Source: Chiloscyllium plagiosum
Taxonomy: Eukaryota
Direction of reading: 5' to 3'
DNA: 64,000 nucleotides
Assembly (NCBI RefSeq): GCF_004010195.1
Contig: NC_057756.1
Coordinates: 2,854,776 to 2,918,775, forward strand
Numbering within the stretch: the first letter of the stretch is position 1; each line of letters starts with the position of its first letter. Made by a program: the position numbers and the translations under genes. Of this stretch, positions 52,169-64,000 are shown piece after piece. The notes under the pieces are model-generated. The model was not told the origin of the DNA, made no database searches, and saw only the letters and a program-made list of their open reading frames with translations.

Positions 52169-54539
52169 GTCAGAGAACGTGTTGTTTTAATTTTAAGAGT
52201 CTACTCTTCTTTACTTATTTTCATATTTTTTTAACCTTTCTTGTTTACTACTGCTGGAAACATTTCCATTTGCTGTTCGTACAAAGATTGAGAATAAGGG
52301 GACAATTATGTTGAGTAAAACCAAACTCATTCAAGTTGGATTGAATCGCAGCAAATTAAACGTGCAGGGTCATGGCGCTGAAGAAGTTTAATTTAATGTT
52401 AATTGGTTGACTTTTCTTTACAACATTTTGTTAATATGTGTCAATTTGAGTGTGAATCTCCTAGCACCATGCAGATATTGTCACACATTGGCACTTCTTG
52501 CTCTGGAAATTATGTGGCATGTGCGCTTCCGAGCTTCTAAAATGCCCGGCAGTTGTCATATTTAGACGTTTTCCTACTTCAGTTTCTAATCAATTATAAA
52601 ATTCACAACGTAAAGTAACTGTAAAATCAGTACCTTTTCCGTCACTGGCCACACGAATCTATCTTCTCCTTCCTCCCACCACAGAACTCCTCTTCTCAAC
52701 ACACAGTCAGATACTTTATCAAAGCATATATGTCCCATATATCTCGGTTAATCACCAGCTTGATGAGAACCCTCCATTGAAGTAAGCACGGCCATTTACT
52801 GTAATCTGATTCCATTCCTCCAAGTTCCCGTCTTTCTACACCTCACCAATGATTATCCACCTCCAAATCTTGCTCTGCCCTCTCTGTCTTCATTACCAAT
52901 CATCCGCTCTTCCCTTCTCCATGATCACTCCCATATCTGTCTCGTGTTCAATGTCTGCACTTCGGTCTAAATTCAATCTTTTCACACTCCAAATTGTCTT
53001 GCAATTATTTCTCCTCGTCTATCTCGCCAGTTTAAATTTTACCTGGTCGCCCCTCTCTATTTCCACCCCTCCGTGGCAGCCCTTTGTCTTCCGTGTCCTG
53101 GGCAATCCAGCTGATTCAATTCCCCTTCTCAATGTCTCCTCATCCTCTCTCGCTCCCATTGCTAGAATACCTCTCTTTCTTTTCCTGTTCCCTATCGTAC
53201 CCTTGTCATTCCAAAGTTCTCTCTACCCATATGACTGCCATTACTCTCTCACTTCTGGCCAGCCCTGCTTTCACCCATCCAGCCCACATCTATAGCCCTC
53301 GCATTGAAAATATATTTCTCCTTACGCGAAGAACTTTTCTACATCCCCTCCGCGTCCTTTTCCCAATCACAGAACTTCCACACCTTCGGAATCATCAGCT
53401 GTCACTTTCCTCCTTCCCTGTCACTTGCAACTCTCGCTACATCACCAACACTCTCCTTTTACGCCCCAATCCATGGGCACTCAGTTTTCCCTCACTATGC
53501 ATAACTCTTTCATCCTCACTAATGATCTCTTTCTTTCCCTTCATGGCTGGCCGTTTTCTTTTCTCTCTCCATTTATTTGCCAGTGCTAATCGATGCTGGG
53601 TGCCACACTTTATTACCTAGTCACACTCCAAAGCAAACTCTCTGGTACTCCTTGCCCGACCCTGCACCAACTCCAGACTCTGAACAGGAACATTCAGTCC
53701 CTGGCAAGAGAATTCACAAAATGTTCATCGCTCCACTGTTGAATATGCATAGGTGTATCTAAGGTAGCTTAGCATGCTTGTGATGCAACAGTCAGGACGC
53801 ACAGATTTTCAGTGATGCAACATGTAAATTCTGTCATTGAATTCGGATTTCGACGACTTTTTAATCGTTAAGACTCGATCAAAATGAAGTATCTCCTTCT
53901 TACTCGAAGAAGTTCGTTAACTAGAGAATTCCTGGCATTGCTTGGTATCGCTTTCGCTCATGTATGTCATTATATAAGATATTCAGACTGCATTTTTAAT
54001 TGTAGTTCATCGCTTCAAAGATAGCTTTGGACAAATGAGATGTTATGATCCGCTTTTGTGTTGCAGGTATTTTAACTGGGTTTTAATGAATTTATTAGTA
54101 TTGAGTCCGTGATGTGTGAAAGCCATGCATGGCAAAACCAATGACATCTGCCACATAATTGATGACTGAGAACAAGCTAACTTACTGATAACTATCCTGC
54201 TTAGTCTAGTTAACAAGTACGTAAACGGGAAGTTTCCCATCCTGTCAGGTAGTTGATCACATTGTAGATTGCGAGGGACTGTTCAGATTCAGTTCTACTC
54301 AACGATTAAGCAGAGATTATGCGTCCAAGAGTTGGGATTAACGCCGTTATCAGTGTCCAAAATGTATTGATATTCTGTTTTACGAACAAGAATCATAGTG
54401 AAAGGAATAAGAGCAATACACTCTGTCCTGCAAGTTTCCACACAATTCCAGAAGAGCTGGTGTCTGATCAGGTTACAAAAGTATATAACCCTTTGATAAT
54501 CAATTATGTATCCGTCCATGCCTTTAAAAAGGACAAACA

Positions 54540-57210
54540 TTTGAAGATCCTGAATCTATTACCTTTTGTGAAAGCGAAGTCCAAAGTCTGGAAGCCAGCT
54601 GAAAGGGAAAATAAATCATCATAGTTATTTTAAATAGGCTCCCTCAGTTTAAACATGCTTCACAACTCTAGATTAAAAGAAAAAGAAATAACGTATATTC
54701 CGATCCATTCAAACAAGTCCTTTCAGGACCTTCGAATTTTCAACTATTTCTGAAATATAGAGGACACTCGTCAAGTCTCTCTAGCCTTTTCTGGCAGTAG
54801 GATCTACTCTGCGAACGTACTGTGGCATTAAGAGATTTATATTATCCTGTCAGATTTCTCAAGAGATTTTGGTAAGAGATACCGAACAGTCCACTAAGAA
54901 TGACGAAAGTAAACAGCCTGTGAGGCTTTTTGTATCAAATTGATTGAGTTACACTTACGTGAATTATTTCCCCTTTTCTTTCATTTTTTCGGGGTTTTAA
55001 CTGTAATGTAAAACATAATGTGTCGATTAATCAGTGTCAAGTATTGTGACCATCGAATACCTTCCAGAACGCAACACTATATACTTACCTCTGAAATAAG
55101 AAAACCTGAGAGAACAGTCTACGTTCTGAATACACTTTGAGGGGATTTTGTCTAATTGTTACCAGTTCATTCCAGAAAATAGTTTTATGTCAACTTTCCC
55201 GAAAGCAATTCCAATGTGTTAAAACCTTTATGTAAATGTGGTGATCCACACTGTGCACAGTATTCTAGATGTGGTCTTTACAGTGCACTCAATAACGGAC
55301 GTGCAAACTTCATATCTCCCATTCATTTATTTTTTTCTTGCAGCAATAAGAAAGGGGGGGGGGAATATATTTATTATCTATATCTGTAGGTTTCTTCAGC
55401 TGCATACTCGCCTTCTGTGTTTCTTGGACCAGAGAATACTGAAGTTTATGTGTCTCGAAGTTCGGCAAACAGTCACCATTCAGAGAATATGCAACCTTCT
55501 TTCCCGCCCGTCGAAAACAAAGAGCGTTATATTTACCCGGAAGTTTGCTCATATGTCAGAGCTTAGCCTACTCATGAAGACGATCCACATCATTTCACAG
55601 GCATCTCACGTCCCCTTCACTTCAAAAAAGAAATAATTCATGCTATCTTTTTATCATTAGTAAATTAACGTAGTGTGTTCTTAGCAATTTCATATAAATC
55701 ATGGTATGAAATACATCGAGTTCAGATTAACCACACGACAGCTGAAGAAGGACCCATTTATGTTACTTTTAGGTTCCTGTGAGTTAATCATTTTTTTTTC
55801 CATGTCGATGCATTAGCTCTAGCCCAATGATGCATTATTTGTAGCAACATATTTTAATGTGTCTCCTGGAAATATGTAACATGCAGTTACTAAGTTCTCC
55901 TGTTTCAAAAGCACAGTTTGATTCTTCAAATGCCTCAAGTTAATGAGTCAACCATCATGTCTGTTGATTAAGTGAAGTCGGCACCAACCATTCGCGTTTG
56001 AAATATCCAGGTATCCTTGAATGATATCTTTTACAACAGCTTTTAACATTATATTTCCATTGTGGCTTGTAAGCGAACAGTCTGCTTTCCCTCTTTCTAC
56101 CTTTCTCACTTTTTGAAATAAAGAAGTTCGATCATTATTTTTACGTCCAAATTAATCTACCTACCATCCAATGTAGGAAAATTAAGCAGCAAATATGGGA
56201 ATGTCTCACAAGTTACATTTTCTCTGACCCGATCATGAGATATGTCAAGGCCAGGAGAATTGGAATCCATAAATCCAACAACTCACTCAGGTATTAAGCA
56301 CTGCCGATAGTGACTTTTGAGAGACTATTGCTCACTTCCAATTCGTTATCTTCCCTATTGTCAATCTATCATTCTTTCTATCCCTGTTTTCAGCAGAGCG
56401 TCATGTCTGTTCAATTTTTCTGCAAACTCACGTCTAATATCATTTATTCTGCAGATTTAGTTCCAGGAGGAGCAGGACATGCTTTGTTTACTTTAATATA
56501 TTCTATTTTTTGCACAGTCTTCGGATCTGTCAAATAACTTTCAAATTGTACTTCTTTTCTTTGCGTTTTTATAAAATCAATTATAGTACACAGGTATGTT
56601 TCTTATGTTTCTTCTTTCTTGGATTGTAACTGCTTTGTGTGTGCTTTGTTTCCATATTAATCCATTAAATGTCTGCCACTTGTGACAGCCTGAATACATA
56701 AGCTGATGCATGTTATGCTCGATGTATGTGTAGAGTTATTGATGCTTCACAGCAAACCAGATCAGTTGTCAGGTCTGTCGTTGAGGGAGCATTTCTGTTA
56801 ACGTGATCACAGCTCCTTGACCTTTACTACAGTCATGAATAATGTTAGGAGCAGACCGTGTGAGAAAGTATTTAATTTAGAAAGTGGGAATTACAATGCT
56901 ATTAGGCGGGAACTGTGAACCATATATTGGAAATGCACGACTGAAAAGTGGATGGTGTTCAGGGAACACATGCTGCTACTGCTGGATAGTTTTGTCCCAC
57001 TGAGGCAAAAAGGGGACGTTGAGATGAAGGAACATTGGATGACAGGAGCTTGGAAAATCGAGTCAGGATGAAAAAGGTAGGTTACTTAAGATTGAAGGAA
57101 CAACATGAGCTATAAATTGCTACAAGATAGCCAGGAAGCCACGGATGAATGGATTTGGGGGAGCTACACATATGGATGTATCAAGAGGATGGCCAGAGTG
57201 ACAGTAGTGC
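54540..57210. mobile_element. Highly decayed CR1 fragments (minus strand to about 56700; plus-strand fragment about 56840-57210)
   Basis: cactgtgcacagtattctagatgtggtct motif; aaagtgggaattacaatgctattagg..tggatgac linker-like sequence. Confidence 0.55.
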
Positions 57211-57211
57211 T

Positions 57212-60200
57212 TGTAAGAGATATGGAAGTTATTCTGGCTGTTATACAGTTAATTTAGCCAGGGATCAAATTGCAGGACTCCAGTAAGAGATAGTGGTAAT
57301 GCATTGTGATGGGCTAGTTAAATCGCTGTTAGATGAACTAGTGGTGAAGATGATGGTGGGGTAATATGATAGATTAAGTGTAATGTCGGTAACCAGTGTG
57401 GCTGACGATGATTGTTTTAGAAAGACAAGCACGCCAACATGATTGGTCACGCTAATGTTCTCCAATTAGCGCAGGATGAACAGCTGGAAGAAAAAATGCA
57501 GAAGAGGAAAGAGAATCTGGGCTGTCATGAAAGTCATTGCGCTGTCTGCCATAGCTTTGATTTTGTAAGAAAAAAGTTTAATTTCATTTAGGATTTTCTG
57601 TGTCTCCTGACAATTTTTTTTATTGATACATTGAGTGATTCGTCCACAACAAATTTGCACTCCAGCTACTAGCAGGAAGAGACACTTTCCTCAGAAAGGT
57701 GTCAGTGTTTTGCGGCTAGTTTGGACTGTATTCCGTCAATTAAGGGAGGTTCTCGGGAACGCAGAAGTGTAACGAAAGCTGCTGGTGGGTCTCTCTGATC
57801 CAAAGATGGCAACTTAAACTTTGAGGAGACGTTGGGGATTGTTCAGGAAAACTATGCAGAGCGGGTGAGTAGGTATAGAAAATAAAGGAAATTGAGGCAA
57901 AATTCCACGTGGTGTGTTCAACTTTCTGTGGATACCGCCCAGTTTTTAGGAAATTAAAAACGACAAAATAAAACGGTTAATGATTTTGGGGGACTGAACG
58001 GGCAGAAAGAGATAAGGAGTGTTTTATTGTTAGTATTAGTGATGTTGGTTGAAATTGAAAGCTAGCAGATTTGTTTTAAAGTATTAGTAGACTGTTAAAT
58101 GTTTACGACAAGGCTTGCATGGTAATTAGATTGTACTTTTAGAAATGAACAAAGGATCTATTTATGAAAGGCTTTGTGTGTGTCTGTGTGAGAGAGAAAG
58201 AAGCTCGGCCTTGCAGAAAGGCTTTGTGTCTGTGCGAGTGCGAGAGAAAGAGGGAGAGAGAGAGAATTAGTCGACAGTTTCACCATTGTGATCTGGTTTG
58301 TATGCACAATTGTTTTCGGTGGTTAAATGTTTATGTTTTGTTCACTGGAGAATGAGATCCGGGAGTATTTTGATTTCATTTTGCGCTGTAGCACTTTAAG
58401 ATAGTTTTTTTTTAGCAGAGACTTTTCAAGTAACCATCAGTGATTACTGCATACTGTAGATGCAGTCCTAGAATAGTCTGCGCAGAATGAACGATCATTT
58501 TTTGTTACTGTTAATGAGTTGAAACTAGGAGTTTAGAGATGTTAGATTCATAAGGGACGATTGCGAGTTGCAGAGTTATGGAATACTTACATGAATTGAT
58601 AGGCGCTACTCTCCTTGTATGGCATGAGAAAGAGAATTGTGAGACCAGAGATAATAGATTAGCTGGTCTGAAATCAGGATGAATTAAGGATCTGCAGTTG
58701 GAATTTTGAGGAATACATTTCTTGTAGCAAGAAATGATATTGTAAAAGTTTCTGAAAAATGGAATAGAAGAACATTTATTAATTAAATGGCCGAAAGATG
58801 GTACTATTGAGTAAATATGTGTGATGAAATGGAAGGGTTAATTAACAATTACAGAACTAAGGATATATCGATAAAGAGAATATTAAAGAGGGACTAGGAG
58901 GTAGAAAGTTTACAGCTGTTTAGAATTGTAGAGGAGGACACAGAGAAAAAAAAAAATCTGGCACCAGTTAAGAAAGAGGCGGGTTGCCAAAGAACAGAAT
59001 GAACAATTTTTGGAAACAAAGACTTTGGAAGAGAAAATCTCCATCTATTTAGAGTAGAACAAAGAGCGTTTGGAAATGAAGGCTCAGCAAGGGAAAACAC
59101 TTACGAAACCCGGATTTCAATACTGGAAACCTCCTCCCATTTGGGTGAAGAGAATATCACACACTGTCATGTAATAAGGGTGACAGTAGAGATAGAGGAA
59201 GAAATTGATTGGAAAATAGTCGACAGAGAGCGGAATGTGTTAAAAATAAAATGTGAGGCAGGACAGGCAAAGAGGCAAACAGAATTAGAAGCTTTGAATT
59301 AGAAACTGGAAGAAGGGAATTTGTGAGGTGAAAGTCAGGCATTATGCATGTTAAGAGAACAAAGAGACTGTGAGGCACATCTAAATAATTCCAGTAATGT
59401 TGAGCAGATACAGGCAGAGAGTGATAATGAGGAGGGAACAAAGGAGGCAGTAACACAGGCAGGAAGCTGGGAGGAAATACAAGTAAGATTAAGTTTGGAG
59501 TCTGATGAGGAATCACAAAGAAACACGGGAAAGAAACTCACACAGGGAAGATGTTACCCTTGTTTATAAATGGGGCGAGATACTGTAATACATTCCTTGG
59601 GGAGCACCTGATATGAAAAAGCTGAAAAATGTGTTTCCAGTTTACATGATGGAGAGTAGGGGAGTGGATTAGAGCTTTTGAAGACAAAATCGCAGGACAT
59701 TTGTTGACTATGGGGGATTAGAATAATTGATTATACAGGTGGATGGTCTCCCGAAATTAAGAGAAAAAATGGAGTGAGCCCGCCTGAAGAACGCTGTGGG
59801 CAATCCAATGTTTGATAGTGCTTGGTTTGATCGAGTAAGTCAAGGGTATGGCAAGCCCTTAGACTGTTGCCCACCTAAGACCAATCCAGCGGTTTTGAGA
59901 GCTGATCCGTTGGAATATGTCAAAAGCTCAACAGCTTGATTGGCAAACCATTGGAAAAGGTGAAGTCTTGAAGCATAACAGGATATGGAAGGTAGGCAAT
60001 TGTTAGCCACAATATTCTGGACTGCTGCTGTCGAGGCAATGCCCTCAAGTCAAACCTAAATTGGGTAGTGGGTCTGATATTCATGATCCACCAGGAATTC
60101 AGAGATCATATAGTCCATGCAATAGAAAGGTATCAGAAAGACAAAACTAAGCTAGCTGTACAGCAGGAGGAGTAAAAAAGAAACGTGGCACAAACGCAGC

Positions 60201-61582
60201 TCGAGGAAATTAAAAAGGCAGTGTGAGAAAAACTAGATCATGTTGCAAGTGAGAACTAGGTTGATCGGTGCGAATGAAATGAACAAAGTGCTGGTTCAGG
60301 GAGACCCTCTACCAACACCTGGCAAGGGGCAGCTATTCCAATGCCGACAATAAACGGTTTTGAAGGAACTTTTCCACCAATATCATACCGATGACAATAT
60401 GAAATTAACTACAGCATAGACGGAACTTGGGTCTCCAATGACAGAGACAAAGAGATGAGGGGCGCCAAAGAGTGAGGTGAGACGCCAGACTCATGGAGAA
60501 TTAGGAATAGTTTGTGGGAGGTGTTATTAACCAGGCCATTTTAGAAGAAATTACCTGTATTAACTTAGCCCATCTAGCCCGAGGTGGGCCTATGAGTCAG
60601 AAACGTCCGCCTGTCCCGCAATAACATCCCTACGGGCCCAATGGGCCTGCTAATCTGAACAGAATGCACTAGGGGTGCCCAGAAAACACAAGTGGGAAGG
60701 GGCAGTGCCCGATGCTACACGGGAAGCTGAAGAGGAACCTTTTGCACAGGTCAGTTCGGAAGGATGGTTGACAAATACGATGATTGATTTCGGAGCTACT
60801 TATATTTATGTTCAACTGCATTATGCCTCCCAACTTCCCATGTCAGAATAACTTGTTGAGACTGTAGGTTTTTGGGGAAAATTGAAGTTGGCTAGGTGTG
60901 CATATCCAGTAAGTTTGCAAATGAATAGTGAAACAGTTTTCTGGTCTTTATTAGTCTCTCATGGGACATCAATCTATTTGCTGGGTAGGGATGCTTTATT
61001 GAAGTTGGATTTAAAATTGGAATGCACTCAAAAACGATTCAGTGTCGACAGGGTGAAGTTTCAGTTGCTGTTGCAGAGAGACTGGATGGCCAACATATAT
61101 TGAATAGGCGTCATAAGTTGTTGCATTTGGGAAAACTGAGAATATTGAAAGAAACATTCCTTAGATTTACTGCTCATGGGTGAGCCACACAATTCTGAGC
61201 TGTATTGTACAGTGTTTTTTGACGAGCTTTAGGGTAAATTCTTAGGGGAGCAATGACACTGTGAGGTTGTCACCCGACAACATTAAATGAGTGTAGCTAT
61301 AGTTATCGGAAGCAAAGACGATTCTGAAAGAACAATGGGTATTCCCATGCAACATTGCCAGTGGAGTGTCGAGCTGACGGCCCCACTGATGATTCAATAA
61401 GCATTAGCTAATATAAAATGTCAGGAAAACAACTTGGTAGTTGTTTGGTAGTCAGGGGTAATTAGGCAGCAGATGAAGCAGCGCGATTGGCTTCTGTGTG
61501 CACGTCAGTTGCCAATGCACCGCACATGTGTTTAGATCCAGGGCCAACCATCGTTGACATCATTGTAATGCAAGGTGAGTTC
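57212..61582 (+). mobile_element. Decayed endogenous retrovirus (fish ERV-like): LTR, leader, gag, protease, internally deleted pol
   Basis: Putative LTR TGTAAG...CAACA 57212-57651; zinc-knuckle remnant VCGRCY*PGHFRRN near 60510; protease MIDFGATY..IYLLGRDALLKL at 60780-61010; RNase H end GN*AADEAAR near 61455. Confidence 0.75.
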
Positions 61583-63432
61583 ATAGAGTCAGAGAGATGA
61601 ACAGCATGGAAACAGACCCTTCGGTCCAACCAGTCCATGCCGACCAGATATCCCAACCCAATCTAGTCCTACCTGCCAGCACCCGCCCATATCCCTCCAA
61701 ACCCTTCCTATCCATATACCCATCCAAATGCCTCTTAAATAAAGCAATTGTACCAGCCACACCACTCCCCGTGGCAGTTCATTCCATACCCGTACCACCC
61801 TCTGTGTAAAACAATTGCCCGTTAGGTCTCTTTTATATCGTTCGCCTCTCACCCTAAACCCATGCCCTCTAGTTCTGGACTCCCTGACCCCTGGGAAAAG
61901 ACCTTGCCTATTTACCTGATCCATGCCCCTCATAATTCTGTAAACCACTTTAAGATCATCCCTCAGCCTCGGACGCACCAGAGAAAACAGCCCCAGCCTG
62001 TTCAGCCTCTCCTGTTCAGCAAATCCTCCAAGTCTGGCAACATCTTTGTAAATCTTTTCTGAACCCTTTCAAGTTTCACAATATCTTTCCGATTGGAAGG
62101 AGACCAGAATTGCACGCAATATTCCAACAGTTACATAAACAATGTCCTGTACAGCCGCAACATGACGTCTCATCTCCTGTACTCAATACCCTGACCAATA
62201 AAAGAAAACATACCAAACGCCTTCTTCACTATCCTTTCGACCTGCGACTCCCCTTTCACGGAGCTATGAACCTACACTCCAAGGTCTCCTTATTCAGCAA
62301 TACTCCATATGACCTAAGTGTATAAGTCATACTAAGATTAACTTTCCCAAAATGCAGCACCTCGCAGTTCTCTTAACTAAACTTCATCTGCCAGTTCTCA
62401 GTCCATTGGCCCATCTTGTCAAGATCCTGTTGCAATCTGAGTAACCCTCTTCGCTGTCCACTACATCTCCAATGTCTCTGTCATCTGCAAACTTACTAGC
62501 TGTAACTCTTACGATCGCATCCAAATCATTTAATTAAATGACAAAAAGTAGAGGGCGCAGCACTGATCCTTTTGTTACTCCACTGGTCAAAGGCCTCCAG
62601 TTTGAAAGAAAGAACCCTCCAACGACTACCCTCGGTTTTCTACCTTTCAGCCAGTCCTGTATCCAAATGGCTAGTTCTGCATGTATTGCATGAGATCTAA
62701 CCTTGCTAATAGTGTCCCATGGGGAACGTCGTCGAATGCCTTACTGAAGTCCACGTAGATCACGTGTACCGCACAGCTTTCATCAATCCTCTTTGTTACT
62801 TCTTCAAAAATCTCAATCAAGTTTTTTACACATTATTTCCCATGCGCAAAGCCATGTTGACTATCTCTAATCAGTCCTTGCCTTTCCAAATACGTAAACA
62901 TCCTGTCCCTCAGGATTCCCTCCAACAACTTGCCCACCAGTTAGTTCAGGCTCACTGGTCTATAGTTCCCTGGTTTGTCTTTATCGCCCTTCTTAAGCAG
63001 TGGCACCACGTTTCCCAACCTCCAGTCATCCGGCACCTTACCTGTGACTATCGGTTACACAAACATCTCAGCAAGAGACCCAGCAATCACTTATCTCCAA
63101 TCCCATAGAATTGTCGGGTACACCTTATCAGGTCCTATGGATTTATCCACCTTTACCCGTTTCAAGACATCCAACACTTCCTCATCTAAATTTGGACATT
63201 TTGCAAGATGTCACCATCTATTCCCCTATAGTCTATATTTTTCATATCCTTTTCCACAGTAAATACTGACGCAAAATACTCCTTTCGTATCTCCCCCATT
63301 TTCTGTGGCTCCACACAATGGCTGCTTTGGTGATCATTGAGTGGCCTATTTTTTTCCGAGTTACCCTTTTGTCCTTAATGCAGTTGTAAAAACCCATTAG
63401 ATTCTCCTTAATTCTATTTGCCAAAGCTATCT
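61583..63432 (-). mobile_element. CR1 LINE inserted into ERV pol
   Basis: RTRGHGFRVRGERY..FTQRVVRVWNELP and ANRIKENLMGFY peptides; CR1 tail at 61583. Confidence 0.9.
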
Positions 63433-63925
63433 CAAATCTATCAAAGCTGACCTTAGCTGAGCTGCTGTTGTGGGGACAAGGTGGGGTGAGTGTATGGCGG
63501 GGNNNNNNNNNNNNGGGGGGGGGGGGGGGGGGGGGGGGGGGGGAGGGGGGGGGGGGGGGCGGAGGTGGTGGTGCGCACAGGTGTAAACAAGAAGGATTTT
63601 AGTGCACAGGCAAGTATTGTGGGTAGCACATACCCCTTTGCTGGCCATTCTTATCTCAGAGGCACATGCCTTGGATCATTGAGCTCGAGGAGAGGTGTTG
63701 TGGAAGATAAAGAGCGATGGATTTGACCACCTTAATTTCAGTCCTCAGTAGTTTACATATTACCCCAATGTGTTATCTGTGCTCAAAATATTGTCAGGAA
63801 AAGGTTGGCGAGCCCTGTAAGTCACATACCTGTACCTGAAGGGCCAGTTAAGATTTTAGTGATTGATGGTATGAACATGATAAAGGCAATGACAAAGAGG
63901 AGATATGTTGGTGTTCATTGAGGCT
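63433..63925 (+). mobile_element. ERV integrase remnant resuming after the CR1 insertion
   Basis: CVICAQNIVRK (HHCC zinc finger end) and HIPVPEGPVKILVID..MIK..KRRYV motif; interrupted by a G-run/N gap and unrelated sequence. Confidence 0.65.
63499..63559. repeat. Poly-G run with small N gap (63503-63514)
   Basis: Direct observation. Confidence 0.9.
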
Positions 63926-64000
63926 AAACGCCAGCTCGCGGACACCTCCTCCTATTGCCCCCTTGACCATGATCCCATCTCCCACCACCAAACCATCATC

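Noticed and set aside
52583..52609. 27-nt candidate partner of micro-exon 9
   Set aside because: In-frame TAA and weak donor.
52849..53620. 148-178 aa Ser/Leu/Pro-rich ORFs
   Set aside because: Stop-codon depletion caused by C/T skew; no recognisable domain.
63499..63559. Poly-G as a G-quadruplex or poly-Pro/Gly ORF
   Set aside because: Abuts an N gap; length and sequence are unreliable.
1..64000. Prokaryotic systems (operons, CRISPR arrays, defence islands), rRNA and true tRNA genes
   Set aside because: The sequence is vertebrate intronic/repeat DNA; no repeat-spacer array was seen; the only tRNA-like sequence is a SINE head.

Overview
Eukaryotic, repeat-rich, AT-rich genomic DNA, very probably from a shark or other elasmobranch (HE1-like V-SINE, abundant CR1-type LINEs, Penelope-type short elements, fish-type ERV). 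Almost all ORFs in the supplied track are spurious or decayed transposon fragments. The main hidden structure is a chain of nine + strand micro-exons of 36, 30, 27, 36, 27, 33, 36, 27 and 36 nt, spread from 3276 to 52168. Each has an AG acceptor and a GT donor, and all are symmetric phase 1-1. They splice into an open 96-codon peptide with heptad periodicity built from a 36+27 nt (21 aa, three-heptad) module, so most of the window appears to be introns of one large gene with a modular coiled-coil rod. The introns carry Gmr1-type gypsy remnants (integrase upstream of RT), many CR1 LINEs (some nested), short elements with hammerhead-ribozyme cores, an apparently perfect 413-bp inverted duplication, a decayed ERV and an unidentified Cys/sequon-rich decayed coding segment. 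Gene identity cannot be established from this window. Repeat boundaries are approximate, read by eye.
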